DNA of 64,000 bases from Balanoglossus misakiensis. Lineage: Eukaryota > Animalia > Hemichordata. Shown here in pieces: positions 53,510 through 64,000 of this stretch. A model generated the notes under the pieces. It had not been told where the DNA came from, did not search any database, and saw nothing but the letters and a program-made list of their open reading frames with translations. Numbering within the stretch: the first letter of the stretch is position 1; each line of letters starts with the position of its first letter. Both the position numbers and the translations under genes were made by a program. The stretch lies in the NCBI GenBank assembly GCA_040954595.2, contig CM082586.2, forward strand, positions 10,323,337 to 10,387,336, read 5' to 3'.

Positions 53510-53851
53510 AGGGGCAAAGTCTCTCATCGCTGCCTTTTTTCAATTAATTATGTATGATACAAGACGCCATTGATGTTATTCTACATGTGGATATATGGTG
53601 AATCAACATTCGACCACACACAACTTCCGCCTCGTTTGTACGATATGAGAGTAAAAACTCGCCCAAAATGAATAAATGGTAAAGAACGATTATTCATTTT
53701 GGCGAGTTTTTCACTCTCCTGTCTATAAGAGGGATGGAAGTTGTGTGTGGTTGAACGTTCATTCGCTATATATCCACATGTAGAATAACAAACGGTGTCT
53801 CTTATCAAATATAATATGGGAAAAGGGCAGCGAGAGAGAGACTTTGTCCCT
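53510..53851. mobile_element. Kolobok-type MITE, second copy
   Basis: ttaa|aggggcaaagtctc...gagactttgtccct; right TTAA and ~60 bp of flank missing relative to the 35431 copy. Confidence 0.88.
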
Positions 53852-56800
53852 CACATGGGGATTAAATGCATATGCGTGTGTATTTAAAGTTAACTGTAAA
53901 TCCCCAGGTTAATACGTGGCCAAAAGCACTGTAATTTGGCATTTCTAATGATGGTGAGATGTTGTTTGCTCCCCAGGGAGTTGAATGGAATATTTAGGTC
54001 CAACATCCTAGCTCAAATGACCATGGGACAACTTAAAGCACGTTGAGATTTAATGTGCTACATAAGTTATAAATATTATAAAAATATTATTACATAAACA
54101 ACACTCTTCCTTAGCAAAGGAAGTGGTCAGGTGAAATATATTCGCAGAGCTGACCAATTCTTTAAGGAAAATTAAAGTTGGGTAATTTGGATGTATTCAT
54201 ACGAGTGTTGGTCAATGATAGGAAAGTCCTTTGTTCATTTTCAAAATGAAAACCAAAAATGCGAACAAAACACACTGAATTACGTATGGGATATTGATGT
54301 TGCCTAATTTGCGTGACTCTACATTTACTTAAACTCTCACAGGGAGACAAATGTCACAGCAAACGGAAAAATGATTATGCTAAGCAATACGCCAACCTTT
54401 AAAATATTACTTTAGAAAGTTTGTATTCATACTTTCTTCAAGTTGTCATAACGCTACCCCGAAATGTGTTTAAGTATTGCCTTTGTATTAATGGGCTAGA
54501 TTCATGGCGTTATATGTCATAAATTAAAAAGCCAACCCTTATTGATTTTGATAATATTTATGTCGGAGAATCCACAATGAAAAATATGTATTTCAATTTC
54601 ATAACTCAAAATGATTTTCAAATCCATGACCTTATTTTCAACTCCAGTGATCGTACATCCTGAACCTTGTGCCAGTAAATGATTGGCCATTACAGGGTTA
54701 ATGGGCACTCTCCCGTTCTCTTCCTCCGCAGTTTCATTCATGTTCTTGTTTGACGGAAATGGGTGTGACCAGACGCTTGAATGTTTTCATGTGGGTGTCG
54801 TTGTTCATCGGGATCGGTCTCCTGGTGTGTCTGTACAGGTACGCAAGGAGAAACTGCCCACAAGAAGCTGCGAGTGAAACTATTTAAGGTAGTATGTGCC
54901 TCGCGGTCCGAGATTCAGACAAATGATAGTCCTCAAAACTTTTTCAAGTCTTTGATTTACTAAAGTGTATGGTGAGTCTCTTTGAAAACAACAAAAACAT
55001 TACTCACCATATTGTTATTTTTTTGAAAGTTTAAAATGAAGTTGACAATGTACCAAACAGATTCTATTTATTTCTTCATGACCATGTTCACCCCAAGGTC
55101 ATATGGACCTGCAAGTATATGCCAGAGCCAGAGTCGACATTACCGAAGCCAGAGTTCAAAGCTTGCAGGTCACCCCTTGCCAGCTCATGTCTAGCTAAAC
55201 TGCCATGGATGCCAAGAGATATAGGACTACAGTAACCTGTAGATGGTTTCAGTATGTTTGAAGAAAGTGGTGGCGCACTTTTGGCTACATTTGAAATGGC
55301 TATGGTACCAGTGGTTGAATTTGCAAAGGTGACCTTTGACCTGGTATCATTAAAGATATTAAAGAACGATTGAACATTCCTTGTTGTCGTAAAATGACAT
55401 CTGTAATAACTTATATTTTATCTGTTCATCTTGAAGTACTATATATTTAAACGCCAATTTTCCATTGCCAATCAAGTTTTTACAAATAAATTGTAATATG
55501 CATGTTGATTTTACAAAAACTCCTTACTTCCAAGTGAATTCTGTTACACATCACGTAAATATTTTCCCCACGAATTCTTCAGTTGCTGACTCGGAAATTT
55601 CATATATTGGGCAGAAATTGGATACATTACCGAGCCATTAAAATTACAGTTTTCTATTTTAATTGATCTTCCATAACTTCAAGTACTTTGATTTGACATA
55701 AATTAAAAACATCATGGTGAATAAATAAAAAATCTTTGATTATCTAATTGTGCATGTTTACATGGTTTTATTTTAGTATGCTGGGTACTTAATGTCTAAT
55801 TGCTCGCTGATTTTATACTGTTCAAGATGACAATCTAATTTTAGTTTTCAGCTGATAATGGAAATCACTGATTAAAAAAATTGAATTTTGTCATGAATAA
55901 ACTTGTTGTTCATGGCAGTTGCTGTATTTTGTTTCATGTGTATTCAATTTTTGCAAGAATACCATTGAGCACAGTTTGATTTGATTAAACACGTTTATCG
56001 GAAAATTTTGTCATTTGAAATATCTGTTTTTGCGCCCTCTACCATTTGACCAAATGATTCTCTTATTTTGGTGGCCTTTGTCTGTGTATATGAGAATACT
56101 ATAGTACTCTCGCATCGATGATAGTAGAAGTTGAAAACGTCTCTTGCCACGTGGCCTAGAAGAAAGGTGATCTTTAGAGTAAAATAAAACAAACTATCCA
56201 GATAGGAAGCTAGAAAAGAAGTTGAATCGTTGAAATTTTATTTATTTTTATATTGTTAATATCGTTGGTGATGTTGACTGGCCGACAATCTTTGTCACAC
56301 CAGTATTTGCAGGTAGATTAAAACATTGCCTATTCCAGCAATAATCACAACAGTCTTACTTTTTCTATCTTTGTAAGCGTTAATCTTTATTGACCTCGCT
56401 TGTTGTTTTGTGTTTTTGTGTTGTTTTTGTTTTTGTTTTGTTTTTTTAGTAGTTTCATAATTTTATTTGTATTTTTAAAATGTTTTCCTGTTTTTTGTTT
56501 ACTTTTTTATTTTTTTTACTATTTGTTGATTGTAATGCTGTATGGGTCTCGACTGTCGGTCCCAACTTGTCATATAATTAGGTAGTACTGGAGTCAGTGG
56601 AAACCCAGGTGCCCGCATAATTTCAGGTGTAGTGACACCGTGTATTGTCATGTTAATGAATAGGGCTTCGTTAGCTAAGTTTCGTGTAGTAAGAGAGCAC
56701 ACTTCAATTTAGGTCTTGAAGGGAGCAACAAGTCGGGTCTCCCTGCTCAGTGAGTAGAAATACTAGGGGAAATATTGCACCATACCTTGCTGTGTCCATG

Positions 56801-57866
56801 TAATGCTGTAGCGCGCATTAGTGCTCTCAGGACCACTGTTTCTGCAATTCGAGTGGAAGTAAATTCAGTACTTCTAGAAAGCAGAATTGTGCTTATTCAG
56901 TGCAAACCGGTGTGGTCGGGCGATTGGCGTGGCTGGCATGGTCGTATGTGGTGTGGCTGGAAATTGCTCCAAGCAGAGTTCTGTGGAACCATCCTATAGA
57001 CCCGGTATTGCTGAGCATGAAGTGTGGTGAAGAATTCTCGTGTAAGTAATGTATTTGTTTATTTATTTACTATAACTTAAATTTATATTTTATGGATATT
57101 TATGTCAAATTCGACAATTTGTAAGTAATAGGACGGTCATAGTTAAAGCATAATTTTCCATGATATCACATGTAATCATGACGCTTTAACTAGTCCAAAT
57201 TTCTGATAATTATTATTGAGAAACGTCAGTATTCATTTGTGAACAGTTGCTAAGGTGGACATTTCAGTCAATGTTTGTTGATTTTTCATTCAGCCATTTA
57301 ACCCAAGACTTGCATCTAACAAGTCAGTCTTCAGTGTGTTTACTTGACTACTGGAGGACTACAAGTGGTAGAAAACATGGTGTATCACAGATTGTATGTG
57401 TAATGTGGATCGTCGCTACATCGTTCATCTATACAGGACTCCATCCCATATTGTGGTTGAATCATGATTGTTTACTATGAATGTTATATACAGCTAAGTG
57501 ACACTTACCATTGTTTAGACAATATGCAATAGACAATAAACTATAGTGATATTGTGAATATATTCATTTATGTAATATATTAAGTAACCCATTGTATTGT
57601 ATGACCAATTGTATCAGCATACCTGTACCTGCTAAATTGGTTAGGACAGAGACATTTGATATTGTGCATATTGTGCACAAAAATTATATTCCTAGTATTA
57701 TCTTTATATTATTTAATTGATTTAAATTAAATCAACTGTATTATTGTATCCGCACTGGTTTGTGTAGTTTCTCCCCATACCTTATCCACGGATGTTTACT
57801 CCTTGGCACTGAGAGCTGCTCAATATTTATCCTGGAATCAGAGGGGTGCCCTCCACCTCTGACATT

Positions 57867-57883
57867 TGGGGGCTCGTCCGGGA
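57867..57883 (+). promoter_or_regulatory. Primer-binding site (tRNA-Pro)
   Basis: tgggggctcgtccggga, complementary to the tRNA-Pro 3' end, 2 nt after tgaca. Confidence 0.85.
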
Positions 57884-58165
57884 GTTTTATCGTTTTGTTG
57901 TGCATTTGTTTGTATACTATCATAAATTGTTGCCATATAGTGGAGACCATGGTTTTGATAGGTAGAGATTCTGCAAATTGTGAAGACGGTGCTGGGTCTG
58001 TAGGCTGGTACTGTTACTGTATGTGCGCTTGTGGTTTCCTGCTATATAATATGGGCCGTGTTGGTTTGCGTCGTGCGTTTGGCTGTGTTGACTTGTGCTG
58101 AATGCCCTGTACTGCTAGGGGTTGTCAAACTGGGGGTTGTAAATCGCGATACAGCAAAGCATATA

Positions 58166-59973
58166 TGCAGAAAGAATATCTAAGATAGGGAGAAAATTTG
58201 GGTTGGAAGGGACTGCTTTAAAAGATTATGTTAGAGAGGAACAAATTAGACAGAGGGATCTTAGGGCTACTGAGAGAGAGGAGCAGAGAGAAGATAATAG
58301 GCGGCGCGAGGAACATGAGAGAGAGATACTGAAAATGCAAATTCACTTACAAGAATTAAAATTGAAAGGGGAAAATACAGAACAGCAGGTTACTGAAAAT
58401 AATTTGGCCAAAGCGCGTGCTCCGAGACTACAGGGTTTTCGTGAGGATGTTGATGATATGGATGCGTACCTTCAACGTTTTCAGCGCTACGCCACTGCTC
58501 AGAAGTGGGAAAAAGATGACTGGGGGTGAATCTCAGTGCATATTGTTACAAGGTAAGGATGTATCCACATACAACCAAATGCCTGCAGCGTCTGCAAATA
58601 ATTATGATGAATTGAAACCAGAGTTATTGAGGGCTTACCAGTTAAGTGAGGAGAGTTTTCATGACAAGTTCCGTTCGTGTATGCCACATTATGATGAAAG
58701 TGCTCAAAAGTTTATGGACCGTATTGGTGACTATTTGGGCAGATGGGTAGAACTGGCTGGTACTCCAAAGACGTACAATGGGCTTACAGATCTGTTACTT
58801 CGAGAGCAGTTTATTGGAGTATGTTCCAGAGACATGGCAATGTTCATTAGAGAGCGACGGCCAGAGAATGTCCAAGAGATGGTATCTACTGCCTCAAAAT
58901 ACTTAGATGCCCGAGGGTGGTGGAAACTGCCAAGTAATGCCAAGAATAATCCAAGGAGCCAGCCGACAGCAAATACCAAGCCTTCTGTATATCCAAATCA
59001 AGTAAATAAGTTTAATAACAAAACCAATGGTTCCCATGTTTTTAAAGGTACGTGCTTCGTATGTGGTAAAGGTGGTCATATGGCCAAAGATTGTAGAAGT
59101 AAGCCAAAGATGCATAAGACGGCGGTATTGTTAACTGAAGAAGATAGAAACTATCCACCTAAACAAGAATGTACACATTGGGGCAACCGTCAACAGCCCA
59201 GGGGACTAGACACTGGTTATGCATGTATGGTGGTAGCAATGGAAATAGATAAAACAGATGCAACACTGAATAAGGAGTTCGTGTTACCATGTGGTCATAA
59301 GCTCCCAGTGATGAGTGCTGCTTGTAGTGCCCATGGAGTGAAGAAGATGCCGGTAATGAAGGGATTGCTCGATGGTAAGCTGGTTAGCGTTTTGCGTGAT
59401 AGTGGGTGTAGTAGCGTGGTAGTTCGAAGAAGTCTGGTGTCAAGTAATCAGCTGACTGGTGAGTACAGGACGTGTGTTCTGATAGATGGGACTATTAGAA
59501 GAGTACCTGTAGCCTCTATAAAAGTTGATACCCCTTACTTTGTTGGTGATGTTACTGCACTGTGCATGATGAACCATGTGTATGATTTAATACTGGGCAA
59601 CATTGATGGTGTATCTGACCCTTCGAATCCTGATACTACATGGCAGGAACCATTGCCGACATGTAGACTGTGTACAACTGTTGGACAGGTACCAGGTTTA
59701 GCAAATGCTGTGGAGACCAGAGCCCAGAAGATAGCCAACCAAAAACCAATCAGAGAGCTTAAAGTACCTAAAGCTGTTGGTGAAGTGGTGATGCCAGGGA
59801 AGCTTCAACAAGCTCAAGAAGAAGACTCCACTCTTGACAAACTACGTGAGAAGGCAATTTTGGGTGACGAGAAAGTGACTAGGAATGGAGGTAGGTTGAA
59901 GTTCATCATGAAAGATGGGATCCTGTACAGAGAGTTCAATTCGCCAATGGTCCAATTTGGTGAAAAGCTGTTA
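58166..59973 (+). pseudogene. gag: Frameshifted Gypsy gag-protease (Gmr1-like)
   Basis: Coiled-coil N-terminus, DDMDAYLQRFQRYA, LLREQFI, knuckle CFVCGKGGHMAKDC, protease LRDSGCS, then AQEEDSTL..KDGILYR resembling the segment preceding integrase. Frameshifts near 58190 and 58525-58545. Confidence 0.85.
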
Positions 59974-60059
59974 CACACTGCGGGAAATACTAGAGCTATG
60001 TTGGGCAGTATTCCGCGAAGCGCGAGCTCCCATGTTCACCATAGCAACGCATTGCCAAG

Positions 60060-60710
60060 ATGGCGGCGCCCGTGTTGATCGATGCCGAGAAAGTTATAAA
60101 ACGCAAATTGCGAGAGGCAAAATCTGTGCTTAAACGTAAAAAATGCGTGTCGGACAATCTGTATATACACCCACTCTTTGATGAACTTGAGGATGTGACA
60201 ACAAGGGCCATATTTCGAAACGACAAGCTGTCAAAGGACAAGATTCGTTGGCGTGACGTCGCCGTATTTCCCATGTTTCAGCGTGATATGACCTACTGGC
60301 AGAAGACCTTCTACGCTCGGCTGTCAACATCCCCGTCGTTAAGGTCACCATGGCAAAGCAGCTTTACACGACAAATGCCGAGGGAAGTATTTGATGTTTT
60401 TCATCAGTTTGCTACTCGGACCGGTTTTGGTATCGACGAGAAGACCTCCAGGGCTATCATAACCTTGACCTTCACAAGTTCCTTGAAGCTATTGTATGTG
60501 ATACGGAAAGGTTATTGCTACGAGGGCGCTATCGGTCAGCATACAGAGAATATCCTAGAGAAGAAAGTCCGTGGAAAGAGGGTAGCTGTTATATTCACAC
60601 CTGAGAAGCCCTGTGTTGTGAAATATTTTATCAACAGGGAGACTGTTGCTGTTAGATTCAGCTTTGGTGCCTGGAACAAACATGGAATTCCATTACATCC
60701 AGAGAACTGA
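60060..60710 (+). CDS. Intronless 216-aa protein of unknown function, probable transposon accessory gene
   Basis: Long open frame in AT-rich DNA, caagATGgcggcg start context, basic N-terminus (KRKLREAKSVLKRKK), aataaa ~130 nt downstream. Confidence 0.7.
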   Translation: MAAPVLIDAEKVIKRKLREAKSVLKRKKCVSDNLYIHPLFDELEDVTTRAIFRNDKLSKDKIRWRDVAVFPMFQRDMTYWQKTFYARLSTSPSLRSPWQSSFTRQMPREVFDVFHQFATRTGFGIDEKTSRAIITLTFTSSLKLLYVIRKGYCYEGAIGQHTENILEKKVRGKRVAVIFTPEKPCVVKYFINRETVAVRFSFGAWNKHGIPLHPEN

Positions 60711-61562
60711 ACCCTATTGATTTTTCACACTGATTCAACCCATCTGAGGAACATTTTTTTCCTGATCTGTGGCACATGTTGTTCAGTGTAGATGTATCAG
60801 TCTGTCAAGACAGTCCTCTCACAATTGACATATATTCAAATAAAAAAAGGAAAATTAGAAGACTCAAAAATTCATCACTTGTCTTTATTTATCTACATTC
60901 AATACAAATGAACAGATAATGTTTACAAAATTTCCTAAACTGTAAAATTCTTTTTTTCCATCATTATTGTAACATAGATTTTTCATTAGTTTCAGAAAAA
61001 AATGTATGTTACCTACAATCAACATTGATAAGTCAATCAAAACTGCTCATCTAACAGTTAACCAGGATTTCTGGTCTAAATTTAATTAATATTTACAATT
61101 AATTCCATGACAAAATTTATAAATATCAAGAATTTGATGAGACTTAATTCTTTATTTTTTCACAAATTCATTAAAATTTCGTGCAGGTGCAGAATAAACA
61201 ACTCCTCAAGAAAAATGTAAAACTTTTCTATCAAGCTTATGTATGTCATACATTTTAATTTTGCAAAGCACTGCAATCACTATACGATTAAGGGTTTATT
61301 CACAATACTTAATAGTGGTAAGATAAGTTTCAATTTCCCTGTCCCCATACATGCACACATATACAAAATCCCATAAGAAACATATCATCTCCAGTTCAAA
61401 AAGTGTGAATTCATGTGATTTGTGATCTCCATTTTTATTAAATGCAGCTCTCAACTACAGATGAGTCTTTATAATTCTGTAATGTAATTAATACTATAGT
61501 TATCCTTTAATTCTAAAGTAGCACACAGTGACACAATCCACTGTTTCAAATTCAATCATTGT

Positions 61563-63803
61563 TCACAGCATAAGTTTCTTGAGTTTATTTGATATTTTAC
61601 CAGTGACAGCTGCTTTTTTTATGTCATCCATAATTGGGTCAACACATATTTCACAGGCAGTCATTGTTTCATTTTTTTAAATTGCCACACATACAGTAGC
61701 CTGCATTCTCATAATATCGACTGGGAATGTATTTTTCTTTTTCTTTAAGCTCAAATTGACCTACATTTGCATTTCTATAGTTGTCAGCTTTTGGACTTTT
61801 GTTCCTCAGCCAAAAAAGCATCACATATTCGTGTCGAAATATGAGGGCCCACCTATTTTGAGGTGTAGAATTTTCACTGAATTCTAGCAGGCGTAGATGC
61901 TTTGCCTCTCTGCCTTCCATTGTGTTTAGGCCTAATCCCAGACTGAATTGCTTATAGATACTAGTGGTGTGTTTTGGGACTACATAACCAATGTGCCACA
62001 CAGTATTATTGACATTCAGAAACAGGGAATGTAGATTAAAGTACCACCGACACTTATGCCTAAGTACAAGCAAATCTCCCTCATTTATGTTGAATCGTGA
62101 GAATAACAAAGTGATATCTCTAAGCAAGATACCAGTATATGTGTAGAGAGCTAATTGAGCCCGACGCTTTGGTCTGTCTGTATCGCTTCTCAATGCTAAT
62201 ACCAATCCTATGAAATGCCAAGCAAGTTTGCGAGACTCCTCACCAGTGAAGCGATAAACCACATTAATGTTGGCATTTGACTTGACACTATTTTCATTGA
62301 AGTATTTTACAATCTTATTATACAACTTTCCAGCTTTTACTTGATATTTTAGGGCAGACAGGAATTTGTACAGATATGACTCGTTAGGTAGATTCTCAAT
62401 TTTAACTCCATTTTCACGACCCTTTTCCGAAGTGTGGGCAACTGCGTCAATCAGTAATCGTTGGAAGTAGTATTGCCATGCATTGTTCTTTAAATGCAAT
62501 GGCTCAGCCTTGGCACAATCAATAAATCTACCCAACGGTGGTACAAATTCCTGTCTTGACCTCAGACTGGCTATAAATTGTGTGATTTTGGGTCGCACTG
62601 TTTTGGGCTTTCCAGTTTTAATTTTCTTAGTTGACTTCAACTTTTCAACAGCTTCTGCATCTTTAATTCTTTTCTGATATTTCCATTCATCCCACTTCTG
62701 ACCTGGGCCAATTTCTGCTCCAATACAATCAATATCATTTTTGGAACGTTAGCAAATGAGCTGAAATACTTTGCTGCATTGCTTAGTTCTCCAGACACAC
62801 TGGCCAATCCCTTCTGATCAAAGGGTAAAAGTGACACCTGAAAAGTTACATCAAGACTGCCAACTTTATATTTACGTTTCTCAATACACTCAAGGTCTTT
62901 TGACAATGCAATTGCAAATTCAATCATTATGGGGTCATCCTCTTTTATGTTTGCCCCTAATAGGAGAAAATTGTGGTCTGGGCTAGCAACACGGTGGGTC
63001 ACATTCAAGAAACTAACTAGCCATGCAGTGGCCTGTCCATGTTTGCCAAACGGAGCCCCGTCAGCACCTATACTGATTTGAAATGAGCCCTCCTGTTTAC
63101 CGAACCAGTTAAGAATATCAGGCTGTGTTTCCCCCATATTTAAATATAAACTGGCAATCTTAATAAGCAACTCCTCAGGGTTTCTTTTTAAGCCGACTTG
63201 TTTGCCTTCAGATGATATAATTGGCTCAAGATTTCCAATGTCAAGGTTACTTACATACTGTACAACTTTTGTGTATGGGAGCAGTCTTGGTATTCTACAG
63301 CCAGAATGAATTTCTAATGCTTTCCTAGGATGTTTCAAGTTGGAGAACATCTGAAGTTCACTCTGCCTCAGACAGTTATATTTTCGTTTGGATAGTACTC
63401 CGCCCTCATACATAGTTCTGACACTCCTCACCAAATTGTTCTCACTTTTCTCAAATTTACTGATGTATTTATCAAATACTGATGGCATTACTTTTTTACT
63501 GATTTGGGGAGAGGTTCTGAAGAATGTTTTCATTTGGTCAGGAGTGGCAGAATTAACAAGAGTATACCACAAACCATCAAGTGCTGCTTTTGGTGGATGT
63601 AGTACATTCGGTTTATTTATACCTTTGGCTGGGCTTACATCTGTAGTTGCTACATGAATATTTATGGCTGCTGATAAGGTTTCACACCTACGTTCATACT
63701 GTTGACGTCGCGACAGCTTCAAAGATTCACTATTATCTGCACATACTTCAGTGTTCTTGTGGACCCATTTAGAGCGTTTCACATTAACAACATCAACAGG
63801 AAT
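61563..63803 (-). CDS. DDE transposase with RAG1-core/Transib-like motif order (last exon, two homopolymer frameshifts)
   Basis: Motifs IGADGAPF, LPFDQKG, EPLHLKNN, RFTGEESRK, WHIGYVVPKH, NTMEGREAKH. Acceptor ctttcag before 63803. Correcting T5 62738-62742 and T7 61672-61678 joins ORFs 62637-63782 and 61669-62640 and adds ..CMCGNLKNETMTACEIC..LML stop. Confidence 0.75.
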
Positions 63804-64000
63804 CTGAAAGATTAAGTGTGTGATAAATATATACTAATTAGAATATAATCATTATATATAAAATAAAATCTTCTTACAAGTTAATCATTAATTTAAATGT
63901 CCTTGATAAGAAATACACACGTGTAGCCTGTATTTTTCTGACAACTTCTGCAATAAAAATCCTAAAAAATATACATAGTTTGTTGGAAAACCTAGATGTT

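Larger units (their letters stand above)
56293..59973 (+). mobile_element. Older Gypsy element (probable long 5' LTR, gag-PR), interrupted
   Basis: LTR-like end tgaca at 57860-57864 followed by PBS; gag/PR downstream. LTR start uncertain (tgtca at 56293 or 56568); no second LTR in window. Confidence 0.65.
59974..64000. mobile_element. Two-gene DNA transposon with RAG1/Transib-like transposase; other end outside window
   Basis: Gypsy-like coding stops at ..EKLL, then cacactgcggg; convergent ORFs with facing polyA signals at 60839-60844 (+) and 60884-60889 (-). Confidence 0.7.

Noticed and set aside
54517-54963. GC-richer patch with overlapping short ORFs
   Set aside because: No recognisable motif or consistent splice pattern.
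60060-60710. RAG2-like gene
   Set aside because: Too short, with no kelch repeats or PHD finger visible.

Overview
AT-rich animal (probably invertebrate) genomic DNA made almost entirely of repeats and transposable elements; no host protein-coding gene is evident. 1.0-17.9 kb is a tandem array of ~900-bp units with an embedded 116-bp VNTR and Helentron-associated (HINE-like) insertions. 20.3-33.3 kb is a ~193-bp satellite with ~3.9-4.4-kb higher-order repeats, fused to a SINE tail. 33-54 kb contains duplicated SINE/satellite-tail blocks, TTAA-targeting Kolobok-type MITEs, and a 3'-truncated Kolobok-type transposon with an 11-exon DDE transposase gene. Its introns carry a palindromic element, another TTAA MITE and a complete 5001-bp Gypsy retrotransposon with identical LTRs. 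56-60 kb is an older Gypsy element, cut at ~59974 by a CAC-starting DNA element. That element encodes a transposase with RAG1/Transib-like motifs (minus strand) tail-to-tail with an intact 216-aa ORF that is not RAG2-like; this is the most interesting feature. Five reading-frame breaks are single-base homopolymer indels and may be assembly errors. All family assignments are by-eye motif recognition, not database searches.
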